Counted from the stretch's first letter, positions 8,999 through 19,819 are shown. The stretch: 64,000 nucleotides of DNA from an uncultured bacterium (GCA_963695095.1 CAVOFT010000001.1:2240001-2304000); one strand, 5' to 3'. The notes: generated from the letters alone by a model not told the origin. Translations and numbers: made by a program.

Positions 8999-11112
8999 AG
9001 CGATCCTTTCCCGCCCGCAGGCTCCGCAGCCACAGGGCGCGCCGCATCCCGGCCCGGCGCCCAGCGCTCGAGCAGGAAGGGCGGTTGGGCGCCGCGCAGC
9101 TGGACGCCCAGCGTGTCGAGCCAGAGCTGAAGGTCAAGCCCCAGGCTCCAGTTGCGCAGATAGAACAGGTCCAGTTGCTCGGCCTCGAGGGCCGCGCGGG
9201 CGCGGCCGGACTGGCGCCAGGCGCCGGTGAGGCCGGGCCGCATCGCCGAGACGAGCGGCGAAGCGCCCGCGGCGTTCGCGGGTCTGGGCATCGGGCCCAC
9301 CATGCTCATCCCGCCCCGCAGCACGGCGGCGTAGGCCCAGGGATTCAGCAGATCGGAGACGGGGCGGCCCGCCGCGCCCTCGAGCTGCGGCCAGTGCTGA
9401 GGCCGGCCGCCGCGGAGGGCCAGCGGCAACGGGCGGCGCCGGGCGCGCCGGTTCAGGGCAAGATGCAGCAAGCCGGGAAGCAAGGTCAAGGCGAGGGCCG
9501 CGCCAGCGACGCTGATATCGGCCAGCCGCTTGAGCGCCCGCTGCAGCGGGTAGAGGCCCTCCATGCGATAGGCCACCGCGGGCAGGCCGAGAAAATCCTC
9601 CGCGCGCGCGCCACGGCCCATGATGCCGGCCAGGTCGCTGAGCAGCCGCAGGTCGATGCTCCGCGCGCGGCACCAGATGAGGGTGGTGGCCAGGTCCGGG
9701 TGCGCGCCCGCCGAGGGCGCGACGAGGATCTCCTGCACGCGCTCGGCGGCGCTCACCCGCTCGAGATCGACGAGGCTGCCCAGCGCCCCCTCGCCGTCTG
9801 TCGGATCGACGGCGATGCGCCCCACCAGCTCGAGGCCGAGTTCGGGCTGGGCCAGCAGGCGCTGGCCCAGCGCCGCCGCCTCGGCGGCGCTGCCCACGAT
9901 CACCAGGCGCCTGAGGTCGAAGGAGTAGCGCAGGAGCGCCCGGTGCAGGGCGCGCAGGCCCGCCCGCGCCAGCCAGACGAAGAGAATCGCCAGCAGCACG
10001 CTGGCCAGCACCACGGCGCGCGAGACGATGCGCTCCTTGCTGAGGAAGGTGCTGCTCATCAATGTTACACCCGCGAGTATTCCGGCGCGACTCACCGCCA
10101 GCAGCTCCTCGCTGGCCCGCTCGCGGCGGCTGGAGCGATACAGCCCCGCGAGATAGAAGGTGCCCAGCACGATGAGGAAGTAGAGAACAGCGAAGCGCTG
10201 ATAGGGTTCGGGGGAGAAGTAATCCAGACGGAAGGCGCGGCGCAGGGCGATGGCGGCCAGATAGGCAGCGCCCGCCGCCGCCGCGTCGAGGAGCAGCAGC
10301 GTGAGGAACTTGATCAGGTTGCGATAGCGCTTGAGCAGGTAGGCGGCCGGGTTCCACTTCTCCGTGTAGTGGACGAAGCTCATGACGTGGGCCAGCAGGC
10401 TGCGGCTGAAGGGGCTCCTCGCGCTCGCCCGCTTGTGCGTGTGGGTCATCACGCTGCCGGGCACGTACCAGACCTGCCAGCCGCGCGTCTGCATGCGGTA
10501 GCACCAGTCCACGTCCTCGAAGTAGAGGAAGAAGCGCGGATCCATGGGCCCCACCTCGGCCACGGCCTGGGGGCGCACCAGCATGCAGGCGCCGACCACC
10601 CAGTCGACCTGCCGGTCGGCGGCGTGGTCGAAGTCCAGCATCAGGTGGTGGCGGAGGGCGCGGCTCCTCGGCAAGAGCTTGCCCAGCGGCGTGCGCCGGA
10701 GCAACACGGTCCAGAAGGTGTAGAAGCTGCGACAGGAGTGCTGCAGGCTGCCGTCCGGATTGAGCAGCTTGGCGCCGGCGATGCCCGCCCGCGGGTGGGC
10801 GTCCATGAAGTCCACGAGGGCGTCCAGCGCGCCGGGCGCCACGGTGACATCCGGATTCAGCACGAGGACGTAGTCGCCCGTGGCCGCGGCGAGTCCCAGG
10901 TTCACCGCGCGCGCGTAACCCAGGTTGACGCTGTTCTCGATGAGCGCGAGTCCAGCCGCGGCGCGCAGCCTGGCCACGGAGTCGTCGCGGCTCGCGTTGT
11001 CCACGGCGATGAGCTCGAGCGCATGGCGGCTGCCCGCCGCGCGCAGGCTGGCCAGGCTGGCCAGGATCTCCGCGCCCGAGTTGTAGCTGACGTAGATGAC
11101 GGAGAGCTTCAC
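8995..11112 (-). CDS. GT2 glycosyltransferase fused to a WcaJ-like membrane/sugar-transferase region
   Basis: GTG start at 11112 (VKLSVIYVSYNS); NLGYARAVN, LNPD, FFLYFEDVDWC; then TM helices, Rossmann-like segment, KRLADI...MSMVGP...PGLTG...DLFYLRNWSLGLD. Confidence 0.85.
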   Translation of the reverse strand: MKLSVIYVSYNSGAEILASLASLRAAGSRHALELIAVDNASRDDSVARLRAAAGLALIENSVNLGYARAVNLGLAAATGDYVLVLNPDVTVAPGALDALVDFMDAHPRAGIAGAKLLNPDGSLQHSCRSFYTFWTVLLRRTPLGKLLPRSRALRHHLMLDFDHAADRQVDWVVGACMLVRPQAVAEVGPMDPRFFLYFEDVDWCYRMQTRGWQVWYVPGSVMTHTHKRASARSPFSRSLLAHVMSFVHYTEKWNPAAYLLKRYRNLIKFLTLLLLDAAAAGAAYLAAIALRRAFRLDYFSPEPYQRFAVLYFLIVLGTFYLAGLYRSSRRERASEELLAVSRAGILAGVTLMSSTFLSKERIVSRAVVLASVLLAILFVWLARAGLRALHRALLRYSFDLRRLVIVGSAAEAAALGQRLLAQPELGLELVGRIAVDPTDGEGALGSLVDLERVSAAERVQEILVAPSAGAHPDLATTLIWCRARSIDLRLLSDLAGIMGRGARAEDFLGLPAVAYRMEGLYPLQRALKRLADISVAGAALALTLLPGLLHLALNRRARRRPLPLALRGGRPQHWPQLEGAAGRPVSDLLNPWAYAAVLRGGMSMVGPMPRPANAAGASPLVSAMRPGLTGAWRQSGRARAALEAEQLDLFYLRNWSLGLDLQLWLDTLGVQLRGAQPPFLLERWAPGRDAARPVAAEPAGGKGSL

Positions 11113-11852
11113 GGGCGCCCTCCCGCCGGCCAGCTGCCGCCCCTGACCGGCCGCAGGCGCAGGCGCCAGACCATCCACACGGCCTCCCAGATGATGCGCC
11201 GGTTCATCTTGCTCACCCCGACGCGCCGATCCGTGAAGACGATGGGGATCTCCTTGATGCGGAAACCCCGCCGCCAGGCCTGGTAGTTCATCTCGATCTG
11301 GAAGCTGTAGCCGTCGCTGCGGATCCGCTCGAGCGGAATCGCCTCGAGCACGGCGCGGCGGAAGCACTTGAAGCCGCCGGTGGCGTCCTTGATCGGCATG
11401 CCGGTGACGATGCGCGTGTAGATGTTCGCGCCCAGGCTGAGGGCGAGCCGGCGCAGCGGCCAGTTCACGACGGTGACGCCGTCGAGGTAGCGGCTGCCCA
11501 GCACGAGGTCGGCGCCGGCGATCTCCGCCAGGAAGCGGCGCAGATCCTCCGGGTTGTGCGAGAAGTCGGCGTCCATTTCCATGACGTGCGCGATCTGCGG
11601 TCGCGCCAGTGCCCACTGGAACCCGGCGATGTAGGCGCTGCCCAGGCCCAGCTTGCCCGGGCGGCCGAGCAGGAAGACCCGGCGGTCCAGTTCCGGGTGA
11701 GCGCGCACCAGGTCCGCCGTGCCGTCGGGCGAGCTGTCGTCCACCACCAGCACCTGCAGCGAGGGATCCACGGCGAGCACGGCGCCGATCGCGGCGTCGA
11801 TGTTCTCCCGCTCGTTGTAGGTCGGGATGATGACGAGGCTCAGCGGATTCAC
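11109..11852 (-). CDS. Polyprenol monophosphomannose synthase (DPM1/Ppm1-like GT2)
   Basis: IIPTYNERENI, VDDSSPDGT, KLGLGSAY, MDADFSH, DATGGFKCFRR, GYSFQIEM, DRRVGVSKM. Confidence 0.92.
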   Translation of the reverse strand: MNPLSLVIIPTYNERENIDAAIGAVLAVDPSLQVLVVDDSSPDGTADLVRAHPELDRRVFLLGRPGKLGLGSAYIAGFQWALARPQIAHVMEMDADFSHNPEDLRRFLAEIAGADLVLGSRYLDGVTVVNWPLRRLALSLGANIYTRIVTGMPIKDATGGFKCFRRAVLEAIPLERIRSDGYSFQIEMNYQAWRRGFRIKEIPIVFTDRRVGVSKMNRRIIWEAVWMVWRLRLRPVRGGSWPAGGRP

Positions 11853-14382
11853 GCGGCCGCCTCCTTCACGGGCGCGGCGCGACCGCGACGCCAGGGGCGC
11901 CGTGGCCAGAGGCCGGCGGCGGCCGCAGCGATCAGGAGCAGCCAGGCCGCCCAGCGCAGGCCGCGGTAGAGGGCCAGGCGCGGCGGCAGGAAGCGGAAGC
12001 TCACGGCATGCTCGCCGGGCGACAGGGCCACGGCGCGCAGGAGGCCGTCGGCCACCAGCAGGGGGCGCCGCTCGCCGTCCACGCTCACCTGCCAGCCCGG
12101 ATAGGCGAGATCGGCGAGGACGAGCAGCGCCGGTCGCGCGAGGCGCGCGCGGCAGCCCACCGCGTCCAGGCCCCAGCTGGCGCTTAGGATCTCCCCGGGC
12201 GGGTCAGCGCCGGGACTCAGGACCAGGCCGGGATCGGCATCCACGCCGACGAGGCCCGGCTCCGCCCGTCCCGCGAAGAGCCGCTGCCGGCTGGCCGCCG
12301 GCGACTCGACGCGCAAGCGCTCGGCGAGGCGCAGGCGCGGCAGCGCTCCCTCGTTGCGATAGACGGCCTCCTCGGTGCTGCCGGCCGGCGCCGCCAGCGG
12401 GAAGCCCTGCCCCAGGCCCCCCGCCTGCGGCGTCACGATGAAGCGCACGGCCAGGCGGTCGAGAAGCTCGCCGCCCCCACCGGCAGCGCCTTGATGAGGG
12501 AATCGGCGAGGGCCGGCTTGGCGGCGTGGTAGCCGCCGAGGCTGGCGAGCCCGCGGGCCGCCGCCTCGTTGGCGGCGAAGGCGCTGCCGGGCAAGGCGTA
12601 GAAGCGCTGCCCCTCCAGGTTCTGCTCGAGGTAGGCGAGGGTGCGCGCGGGCAGGCGGCTGGCCGCGGGCGCTGCCTCGCCCCAGAGGCTGACGCCGCGG
12701 CGCGTCTCCCAGTAGTGCTCCGGGTGCAGGACGCGCCGGTCCAGCGGCAGCAGGTCCACGAGCAGCGCGAGCAGGAGCGCGCCGACGGCGGCCAGCTCGG
12801 GCAGGGTCCAGCCGGTGGGCGCGGCGACCGCTCCTGGCTCCGTCTGCCGGCGCCGCCACTCGAGCAGGGCGAGCAGGGGCAGCAGCAGGAGGCCGGCGCT
12901 CAGGGCGTCCTGGCGCAGCCAGCGCCCGCTGAGTTCCACCTGCTGGTCGATGAAGGCCGCCGCGCGACTCGGCTCGACGCGGGCGAGCTGCGCGGCGTAG
13001 CGGGCCTGCAGTCCCCCGCGCAGGGGGCCGGCCTGCAGACCGGGGCCGAGCGCCGCGCTCAGGAACAGGAGCAGCACCCCGGCGGCGACGAGCCCGCGCA
13101 GGCGCAGCAGGCTGGTCCGCTCGCGCCAGGCCAGCTCGAGCCCCCGCGCCATGAGGACGGCGACGGCGAGCTGCTGCAAGAGGAGGATCATCACCGGCAC
13201 GCGGAAGTGATCGAAGCCGGGCAGCAACTCGTAGAGCGTCCGATAGGCCAGCGGGAAGTGGCGGCCGGCGGCGACGAGCGTGCTCGCCAGGGCGAGGCCG
13301 AGGAAGAAGAGGTCGAAGGCGCGCCGCCTGCGGCGCCAGAAGAGCAGGGCCGCGGCGGCCAGGGGCAGCCAGCCCAGGTAGTTGGGGTAGTCGGTCATCG
13401 GCATGCGGCCGGCGTAGGATTCGGCGCCGTAGCCCCAGCTCGCGGGCCAGAGGAAGGTGGTCCACTCGGCCGGGGCCAGGCTCCAGGCGGTGGCGTAGTC
13501 GAAGCCGGTGCCGCCGCCCTCGGCCGCGCCGCGGATCGAGCGCGCGCTGTACTCCCAGACCGGTCCGTAGAGCGGCGCGCTCGCGAGGGCCGCGATGGCG
13601 AGCGCGGCCAGCCCGAGGCCCAGCGGCGTCAGCCCCGCCCGCCAGCCTTCGCGGCGCATGACGAGCCCCAGGCGACAGAGCGCGTAGAGCGCCAGGGTGA
13701 CGAGGGCGTAGTAGGCCACCTGGATGTGAGCGGCGAGCAGGAGGCCGGCCACTGTCGCCGCGAGCAGGGCGGCGGCGCTCAGGGCCTGGCGGCGCCCGCG
13801 AGCGTCGAGCAGGCGATCGGCGCCCAGCAGCACCCAGGGCAGCCAGGCCAGGGTCATCACCTTGCTGCCGTGGCCGTGAGCACCGATGGCGATCTGGGGC
13901 GGCAGCAGCAGGAACCAGGCCCCCGCCAGCCAGGCCAGCCAGGGGCGCACGCCGCGGGCGCGCAGGAAAAGAAAGATACCCAGGCCCAGCCAGAGGTAGT
14001 GCGCGAGCAGCCAGCTGAGGGGCGGCAGGGCGAGGAGGCGGGTGGCGCCGCGCAGGAGGGGACCGGGCGGGTAGAGATCGGGATCGTGGCCGAGGCTCGC
14101 ATAGGCCGGCATGCCGCCGAAGATGAAGGGATTCCAAAGCGCGCTGGTGCCTTCGCGCGCCAGGTAGTCGCTGAAGCCCCGCGGGGCCACGCTGTCCGGG
14201 CTGACGAAGACGCGCCCCTCGACGACCGCTTCGGGGAAGACGAGCGCGAGCAGGAGGGCGTAGAGAACGGCCGCAGCCGCCAGCCCCATCCCCCCGCGCA
14301 GATTGAGGGCCCCCGCCAGGAGGCCCCCGCTCCCCTGTGCCCCGGCCTTCGCTGCCGTCTTCGCCGCGCTGCTGGCCTTCAT
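11849..14382 (-). pseudogene. YfhO-family multi-pass membrane glycosyltransferase (GT-C type), frameshifted near 12474-12478
   Basis: ATG 14382; WNPFIFGGMP, GHGSK, HIQVAYY, YATAWS, PNYLG, FRVP. The C-terminal LVLADLAYPGWQVSVDG...RAVALSPGEHAVSFRF lies in another frame after a G5 run. Confidence 0.82.
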
Positions 14383-15290
14383 TCCTTGCTCTCCTTGCCG
14401 AGTGCGCCGAGGGCCGCGCGCAGCACGCCCGGCTCCCCGCGTCCGAGGGCCCCGACCAGGGCCCGCAGCCAGTGGAGGCCCCAGGCGGCCTGGGCCATGG
14501 GCCGTCGCCAGCGCGGCACGTGCCGCCGGATGAGCGCGGCGGCGGCCCGCCGCTGCGCGCGCAGCTTGCCCGTCGCCAGAGGCCCGCCGCTGGCGAAGCC
14601 CACGCGGTGGTAGAGCAGGCCCGCGGGCTGGTAGCGCAGGCGCCAGCCGAGGGCGCGAGCGCGGAGCGAGAGGTCCACATCCTCGCCGTAGAAGCCGAAG
14701 CGCTCGTCGAAGCCGCCCGTGGTCCGCCAGAACTCCGCCCGGCCCAGCAGACAACAGCCCGTCAGGTAGCCCGTCTCGGCCGCCTGCAGCCAGCGGCCGC
14801 TGGCCGCCTGACGGATGCCGAGATGCCGGCTCAGGGTGCTCGCGCGGCTGACCGCGCCCCCAGCGTACCATATCCGGTCGCGGCGGTCGGCGAAGTGAAT
14901 GCGCGGGCAGACCCCTCCCCGCCGCGGGTCGGCCTCGAGATCGGCCACCAGGGGATCGAGCAGGCCCGGGTCGGCCTCGATGTCGTTGTTCAGCACGCAG
15001 AAGTAGTCCAGGCCGCGCGGCGCCAGGTGGGCGAGGCCGGCATTCATGCCGCCCGCGAAGCCCAGGTTCGCGGGCAGCCGGAGCAGTTCCCACTGCGGCT
15101 CGGCGCTTGCGGCCCAGTCGGCGGAGCCGTCCTGGGAGGCGTTGTCGACGAGGAGCAGTTCCACGCGGTGTCGGCTGGCCGCGGCCGCCGCCGCGAGGGT
15201 GGCCAGGCAGGCGGGCAGCACGGCCTGGCCGTTCCAGTTGAGAACGATCAGCCCCAGCCGGCGCGCCGGCGATTCGCGCTCAGTGGTCAC
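14379..15290 (-). CDS. Glycosyltransferase family 2
   Basis: IVLNWNG, VDNAS, NLGFAGGMN, LNND, TGCCLL, FYGEDVDLS. Confidence 0.92.
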   Translation of the reverse strand: MTTERESPARRLGLIVLNWNGQAVLPACLATLAAAAAASRHRVELLLVDNASQDGSADWAASAEPQWELLRLPANLGFAGGMNAGLAHLAPRGLDYFCVLNNDIEADPGLLDPLVADLEADPRRGGVCPRIHFADRRDRIWYAGGAVSRASTLSRHLGIRQAASGRWLQAAETGYLTGCCLLGRAEFWRTTGGFDERFGFYGEDVDLSLRARALGWRLRYQPAGLLYHRVGFASGGPLATGKLRAQRRAAAALIRRHVPRWRRPMAQAAWGLHWLRALVGALGRGEPGVLRAALGALGKESKE

Positions 15291-16242
15291 GGGCGATACG
15301 CGGGGGCCGCTCCCGGGCGATTCGCCGCCGCTCTTCCTCGCCGGCGCCGCGCAAGTGGATCATCAGTTCGCCGAGCAGGCCGAGGGAGGCGAACTGGAAA
15401 CCCAGGACGAGGAGAATGAGGCCGAGGATGAGCAGCGGGCGCACGCGCAGAGCGCCCGTCGCCAGCCAGCTGACACCGAAGTAGAGGTTGATCGCCAGGC
15501 CGATGACCAGCAGCCAGACGGCGATACGCCCGAAGAAGTGCAGCGGGGCCGCGCCCCGCCGGGAGATGAAGCTGATGGTGACCAGATCGAAGAGCCCGTT
15601 GAGGAAGCGCCTGCCCCCGTACTTGCTCTTGCCATGCCGGCGGGGCCGATGGTTGACGGCCAGCTCGCTGACGCGGAAGCCCTCCCAGGCCGCCAGCACG
15701 GGCAGATAGCGGTGCATCTCGCCGTAGAGGCGCAGGCTCTCGGTGACGGGCCGCCGGTAGGCCTTGAAGCCGCAATTGAAATCATGGAGCGGCAGCCCCG
15801 AGACGCGGCGCACGAGGGCGTTCCAGAAGCGGCTGGGCACGGTCTTCGTGAAGGGATCCCGGCGCGCGCGCTTCCAGCCGCTGACCAGGTCCGAGCCCCC
15901 ATCCGCGTCCAGCGCCGCGACGAGGCGCGGGATCTCGGCGGGATCGTCCTGCAGGTCGGCATCCATGGTGACGACGATCTCGCCCCGGCAGCGGCGGAAG
16001 CCCTCGGCGAGGGCCGCGCTCTTGCCGTAGTTGCGGCCCAGGCGCAGGATGCCCAGCTCGGCATGCTCGTCGGCGAGCCGCTCGAGCACCTGGGCGCTGT
16101 CGTCGCGGCTGCCGTCGTCGACGATGAGAATCTCGAACTCGCCCGGAGGGGCCAGCGGCGCCACCGCGGTCAGGATGCTCGCGACCAGCGCGGGCAGGCT
16201 CTCCGCCTCATTGTAGGCCGGCACCAGGACGCTGAGCCTCAC
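15280..16242 (-). CDS. GT2 polyprenol-phosphate glycosyltransferase (ArnC/GtrB-like, two C-terminal TM helices)
   Basis: GTG 16242 (VRLSVLVPAYNE); DDGSRD, NYGKSAAL, MDADLQDDP, HDFNCGFKAY, GEMHRYLP. Confidence 0.9.
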   Translation of the reverse strand: MRLSVLVPAYNEAESLPALVASILTAVAPLAPPGEFEILIVDDGSRDDSAQVLERLADEHAELGILRLGRNYGKSAALAEGFRRCRGEIVVTMDADLQDDPAEIPRLVAALDADGGSDLVSGWKRARRDPFTKTVPSRFWNALVRRVSGLPLHDFNCGFKAYRRPVTESLRLYGEMHRYLPVLAAWEGFRVSELAVNHRPRRHGKSKYGGRRFLNGLFDLVTISFISRRGAAPLHFFGRIAVWLLVIGLAINLYFGVSWLATGALRVRPLLILGLILLVLGFQFASLGLLGELMIHLRGAGEEERRRIARERPPRIARDH

Positions 16243-17210
16243 GCCCCGCCTCCCTCCTCGCGCAGCCAGGCCACCTGGGCGGCCAGCCCCTCGGCCAGCG
16301 GCACGCGGGGGGTGAAGCCCAGCTCCGCCTCGATGCGCGCGGTGGCCGCCAGGGTGTCGGGCACGTCGCCCTTCTGCTTGCTCTTGAAGTCCAGGTTGAG
16401 TGGCCTGCCCAGCGCGCGCTCCAGGATGGCCAGCGCCTCGCGCAGGGTCACGCAGCTGCCGCCCCCGGCGTTGAAGACGTAGTGCGGCCCCTCGTAGGCC
16501 GCCGCGCGCAGGTTGGCTTCCAGGATGTCGGCGATGTAGGTGAAGTCCCGCGTCTGGGCGCCGTCGCCGTAGATCCCCAGCGGCCGGCCGGCCAGGCCCG
16601 CGGTGATGAACTTCGTGAAGGCCATGTCGGGCCGCTGGCGCGGGCCGTAGACCGTGAAGTAGCGCAGGGCCACCGCGCGCAGGCCGAAGTTGAGGCGGTA
16701 GAGGTCGATGAGCTGCTCGGCGGCCAGCTTGGTGACGCCGTAGGGACTGAAGGGGCGCGGCAGGCTGGTCTCGCGCATGGGCAGGTCGGTGGCGGCTCCG
16801 TAGACCGAGCTCGAGCTGGCGTAGACCAGCTTGATATCGCGCCCGCTCGTCTTGATCGCCTCCAGGAGCTGCTGCGTCGCGGCCAGGTTGCAGTGCAGGT
16901 AGATGCCGAACTCCGCCCCCCAGCTCGCGCGCACGCCGGCCTGGGCCGCCTCGTGAAAGACGAGTTCGCAGCCGTCGAGCAGGCGAGCCAGGTCCGTGTG
17001 GACCAGATCTTCCTCGACGAAGCGGAAGCTGCGGCTCGCCAGCGCCGCCCGCAGATTGCGCCGCTTGCGGGCGGGATCGTAGTAGTCGGTGAGGCAGTCC
17101 AGGCCGACCACCTCGCGCCCCTCGGCGAGCAGGCGCTCCACGAGCTGGGAGCCGATGAAGCCCGCCGCGCCGGTGACGAGAACGCGGCCCGCGCCGCGCG
17201 CGCCGCTCAC
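16239..17210 (-). CDS. NAD-dependent nucleotide-sugar epimerase/dehydratase
   Basis: TGAAGFIGS, AAQAGVRAS, ASSSSVYG, YGVTK, RYFTVYGPRQRPDMAF. Confidence 0.92.
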   Translation of the reverse strand: MSGARGAGRVLVTGAAGFIGSQLVERLLAEGREVVGLDCLTDYYDPARKRRNLRAALASRSFRFVEEDLVHTDLARLLDGCELVFHEAAQAGVRASWGAEFGIYLHCNLAATQQLLEAIKTSGRDIKLVYASSSSVYGAATDLPMRETSLPRPFSPYGVTKLAAEQLIDLYRLNFGLRAVALRYFTVYGPRQRPDMAFTKFITAGLAGRPLGIYGDGAQTRDFTYIADILEANLRAAAYEGPHYVFNAGGGSCVTLREALAILERALGRPLNLDFKSKQKGDVPDTLAATARIEAELGFTPRVPLAEGLAAQVAWLREEGGGA

Positions 17211-19819
17211 GGCGCCTGCCCGCCGGCGCCGCCCCCGGTGATCGCCGACTCCCGCAGCGCTTCATCGAGAAGTCCGAGGCGCTCGCTCATCGCGGCGCTG
17301 TCCGGATGCCGCTTGACGAAGGCCGCCACCTGCTCGCGCAGAGCGCGCAGATTGGCGGTCGAGGGGAAGTAGCTGACCACGTAGTCGATGAGCGAGAGAT
17401 AGGCCGGCTCGTAGTCGGCGTTGAGGCGAATGACTTCACCCAGGGCCTGCACCACGCGCTGGCGATCCTCGGCGGCCTCGGCAGCCTGAGCGTAGCGCGC
17501 CCAGAGCTGCCAGTTCCCCGGCTCCCGCTCGAGGTACTTCTCGTAAGTGCGCATGGCCCGTTCGGGCTCGCCGTTCTTCGTGTAGAGGTAGCCCAGGTAG
17601 AGGACGACGGGGCCCAGGTCCTCGCGGATCAAGCTCGCCATCTCCATCGCACGGGCCGCCATGGCGGGATCGGGGCCGCCGGTGGCGTCGGCGCGGTCCA
17701 GCTCGATGGCCAGGCGACTCCAGGCCGCCGCGTAGTTCTGGATGAGGTGCGAGATCGTGGTGTCCTTGTAGAAGCTGGGCAGCGTCAGCGCGGGATCGTC
17801 CGGCGGCGGCACCCGGTCCACGATGGAGGGCCCGCCGAGGGACTCCTGCCAGGCGCCGCCGCGGCTCGAGCGCCCCTCGGTGAGCACGCCGCGCCACTCG
17901 AAGACGTGCTCGAGGTTCTGCCTGAGCTTGGGCAGGTCGACCTGCTCGACGCCCTCGGTGAGGGTCATCCGGTAGACCATGCCCTCCATCATCAAGTAGG
18001 GCAGGAAGGGCACCAGCGTCTCGCGCGGAATGGTGACCGCGAAGTAGAAGGGAAGCTTGCCCCAGCCCTGCTTCTGCGCGTTGATGAAGAGGTGGTTGAT
18101 CACCTCGTCGCGCGGCTGCATGATGCGGCCATCGTCGAGGCGATAGTAGTGAGTCTGCACTTCCTCGAGCTCCGCATCCCGCCAGGTGATGGGCAGGCGC
18201 GGCGTGAGATCGCGAAGCTGCCGCATGTACCAGGCCGTGTTGAGCAGGCTCAGGTTGACGACGCGGATGTCCTTGCGGAAGCCCTCCACTTCCTGGATGT
18301 ACCAGAGCGGAAAGGTGTCGTTGTCCCCGTTGGTGAAGACGACGGCGTTCTTCTCCAGGGGTGCGAGCATGTTGTAGGCGTAGTCACGGGCGATGAGGTT
18401 CTCGCTGCGGTCGTGCGTGCGCCAGTGCTGCGCCAGCGGCCCGCAGGCCGCCACCAGCAGGATTCCCGCGACCAGGTAGGCCCAGAGCTGGCGCTTGCGC
18501 TCGCGGCGCAGCGCTTCGATGAGGCCGGCCGCGCCCAGGCCGATGAAGATGGCCAGATAGTAGAAGCCGTTGGCGTAGAAGTAGTCGCGCTCCCGCGGCT
18601 CGTCGCTGGCGAAGTTGAGGAAGAGGACGAGGCCGATCGTGTTGATGAGGAGAATCGTGAAGAGCGCCGCCCAGTGCCGCTTCTCGCGCAGCCACTGGAT
18701 GGCGATGCCGAGGATGCCCAGGCCCAGCGGGATGGCCGTCAGCGCGCGCCCGAGGTGGAAGTTGAAGGGCCCCACCGGCAGGCTGGCCTCGCCCGGCATG
18801 CGGAACTGCGCGCCCAGGTAGCGGAAGAAGTGCGCGAACTGCCAGCCGATGTCCGCTTTGCGATCCGTGGGCAACTGGAAAGGGTACTGCTCGCGCTTGA
18901 GCACTGCCCAGAGCCGGTCCCAGCTCGAGGGATCCGCCTCGTTGATCATCGGGTTCTGCCCGGCGCGGATGTAGAGGAACAGGTGCACGCTCAGGCCGAG
19001 GGCGAACAGGGCCATGCTGTACAGCACGAAGGGCCGCTGACCGCGACCGCCCTGCGCGACGGGCAGCGCCAGCCACACCCCGGCACCCAGGATGGCCACC
19101 AGGCCCATTACCGTCACCGCGTCGGGCACGTGCAGAACCGTGCTGCCGAGGAAGAGCGCCAGCACGCCCCCCACCAGCCAGAGGTCCAGATTGGAGAAGC
19201 TCTTCTTGGGGATCATCAGGGCGAGCACGAAGAAGCCCGGGAAGACCAGCATCGTGCCCAGGTGAAAGCCCACGGCCAGGCTGAGCAGGTAGAGGATCAG
19301 GTAGACCAGCGCGTTGCCCCGCGGCCGGTCGGCGTGCTCGGCCCAGTCCAGGCTGAGCCACAGGACGAAGCCCATCAGGAAGGCGCTGAGCGCGTAGACC
19401 TCTGCCTCGATGGCGTTGAACCAGAAGGTGTCGCTGAAGGCGATGAAGAGGGCGCCGACGAGGCCGCTCACCGCCCGCACCCACACCGGCGGCGCTTGGC
19501 CGCCCTCGCGCCAGGCGGCCGTCACCCGCAGCGTGAGCAGGTAGACGAAGAGCGCGGCCAGTGCGGCGAAGAAGGCGCTCATGAAGTTGATGCGCTGAGC
19601 GACGCTCTCGCCCAGGGGCGCCAGGCCCGCGAGGCGGGCCACCAGGACGTACATCGGCGTCGCCGGTGGGTGGGGAATGCCCAGACTCCAGCCGCAGGCG
19701 ATGAATTCGCCGCAGTCCCAGAAGTTCAGCGTGGGCGAGAGCGTGAGGGCGTAGACCACGAGGGGCAGGACGAAGGCCACCGCCCCGGCAGCCATCAAGA
19801 GGGGGTTTCGCTTGAGCAT
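17207..19819 (-). CDS. DUF2723 / TMEM260-like membrane glycosyltransferase with C-terminal TPR
   Basis: FWDCGEFIAC...HPPATP, FWFNAIEAEVY, EPRERDYFY, FTNGDNDTFPLWY, VNLSLLNTAWY; TPR-like helical tail. Confidence 0.85.
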   Translation of the reverse strand: MLKRNPLLMAAGAVAFVLPLVVYALTLSPTLNFWDCGEFIACGWSLGIPHPPATPMYVLVARLAGLAPLGESVAQRINFMSAFFAALAALFVYLLTLRVTAAWREGGQAPPVWVRAVSGLVGALFIAFSDTFWFNAIEAEVYALSAFLMGFVLWLSLDWAEHADRPRGNALVYLILYLLSLAVGFHLGTMLVFPGFFVLALMIPKKSFSNLDLWLVGGVLALFLGSTVLHVPDAVTVMGLVAILGAGVWLALPVAQGGRGQRPFVLYSMALFALGLSVHLFLYIRAGQNPMINEADPSSWDRLWAVLKREQYPFQLPTDRKADIGWQFAHFFRYLGAQFRMPGEASLPVGPFNFHLGRALTAIPLGLGILGIAIQWLREKRHWAALFTILLINTIGLVLFLNFASDEPRERDYFYANGFYYLAIFIGLGAAGLIEALRRERKRQLWAYLVAGILLVAACGPLAQHWRTHDRSENLIARDYAYNMLAPLEKNAVVFTNGDNDTFPLWYIQEVEGFRKDIRVVNLSLLNTAWYMRQLRDLTPRLPITWRDAELEEVQTHYYRLDDGRIMQPRDEVINHLFINAQKQGWGKLPFYFAVTIPRETLVPFLPYLMMEGMVYRMTLTEGVEQVDLPKLRQNLEHVFEWRGVLTEGRSSRGGAWQESLGGPSIVDRVPPPDDPALTLPSFYKDTTISHLIQNYAAAWSRLAIELDRADATGGPDPAMAARAMEMASLIREDLGPVVLYLGYLYTKNGEPERAMRTYEKYLEREPGNWQLWARYAQAAEAAEDRQRVVQALGEVIRLNADYEPAYLSLIDYVVSYFPSTANLRALREQVAAFVKRHPDSAAMSERLGLLDEALRESAITGGGAGGQAP

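Noticed and set aside
5933..9130. Very long plus-strand ORFs (e.g. 5933-9130, 17306-19840, 32159-35272, 36854-39610)
   Set aside because: Antisense or alternate-frame shadows of real genes, expected at very high GC3; no recognisable motifs.
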